Translations under genes and position numbers: made by a program
Shown: piece after piece, positions 63,224-64,000 of the stretch
How the letters are laid out: each line of letters opens with the position of its first letter
Numbering within the stretch: the first letter of the stretch is position 1
Assembly: GCF_016432865.1 (NCBI RefSeq)
Contig: NC_067400.1
Location: 334,552,001-334,616,000, forward strand
DNA length: 64,000 nt
Direction of reading: 5' to 3'
Origin: Antechinus flavipes
Taxonomy: Eukaryota
The notes under the pieces: generated by a model
Told to the model about the DNA's origin: nothing
Database searches by the model: none
What the model saw: only the letters and a program-made list of their open reading frames with translations

Positions 63224-63339
63224 AAATCTTATCCCAGAAACATGCCCTTTCCTTTTTTGTAACCACTTTTTTATCCTCCTTCCCATCTTTACTCCTTCTT
63301 CCCTCTCCTTCCCCAGTCTGCCAAAACATACATCTTATA

Positions 63340-63500
63340 AATAAATATATATACACACATATATGTATATATAGTATAAGTATATATACATATGTATATG
63401 TAAGTATAAGTATATACATAGCACAGTACCAGTATCATTATATGTATATATACACACACATATATACATGCATACATACATACATACATATACACATACA
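63340..63500. repeat. AT/AC-rich low-complexity microsatellite
   Basis: (TA)n, (TACA)n and (CA)n runs. Confidence 0.9.
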
Positions 63501-63599
63501 ATGCAGGATTGAGCACATAGTTTGTTTCAGTAAACATTTGAGTTGAAATGAATTTCTTTATCATCTGTACACAAATCCTGGAAACACAGTGAAAGACTT

Positions 63600-64000
63600 T
63601 TTTAAAAAAAACTTTTTATTGATATTCTTTTCTTCTTGTTTACATTATTGTCATCCTTCCCCCAAACCCCTTCTTGTTACAAAATAAATGTAATCAAGCA
63701 ACACTAATCCAATAATATATCGATCATATCTGAAGACATGAAGGCTTTATTCCACACTGCTGTGTAAATTCATTTAAGTCTTCACAAGTTTCTCTGAATT
63801 CTTCGTACTTATTTTTAAAAGCAAAATAAAGTCCACTAAATACAGATATCTTACAATTAGATATTCTTCAAATATTCTTCAAATCAAACAAACTCACTTT
63901 GTTTCTAGTTCTTTGCCATTAAGAAAAGGTGTTCCTATAAATATTTTTGTCTATACTACCATCTCCCTTTTATGTTTAATTATTCATTGGTTTCAGTGAT
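63600..64000 (-). mobile_element. Old L1 3' fragment
   Basis: tttaaaaaaaactttttattgat tail and L1-like 3'UTR. Confidence 0.55.

Noticed and set aside
1-64000. CRISPR arrays, rRNA or tRNA genes, intact autonomous transposons
   Set aside because: No spaced-repeat array or structured RNA gene seen; tRNA-like motifs are SINE heads, and all LINE ORFs are interrupted.

Overview
AT-rich, CpG-poor mammalian genomic DNA. The repeats (WSINE1/MAR1-type CORE-SINEs, marsupial-type L1, an OC1-like hAT MITE) point to a marsupial, most likely a dasyurid such as the Tasmanian devil; this is inference. Two protein-coding genes lie on the + strand. PXYLP1 (ACPL2, 2-phosphoxylose phosphatase) has five coding exons at 1161-1239, 9155-9313, 9695-9821, 14627-14766 and 17404-18335 (1437 nt, 478 aa), with a GC-AG last intron and a short upstream ORF. 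An intronless orphan GPCR matching GPR148 lies at 60718-61791. The 42 kb between them is mostly decayed L1, L2, L3, SINE, LTR and hAT sequence, with one 138-N assembly gap. The most unusual structure surrounds GPR148: about 106 bp covering its start codons is repeated in inverted orientation 2 kb downstream (25-bp perfect core), with a hairpin at the junction and a second 22-bp perfect inverted copy nearby, and the CDS is a CpG-rich island. Other highlights are an apparently full-length ORF1-only (HAL1-like) retroelement with two nested L1 insertions, several locally templated duplications, and PXYLP1-GPR148 adjacency that differs from human. All identifications come from reading the sequence and recalled family knowledge; no searches were run.
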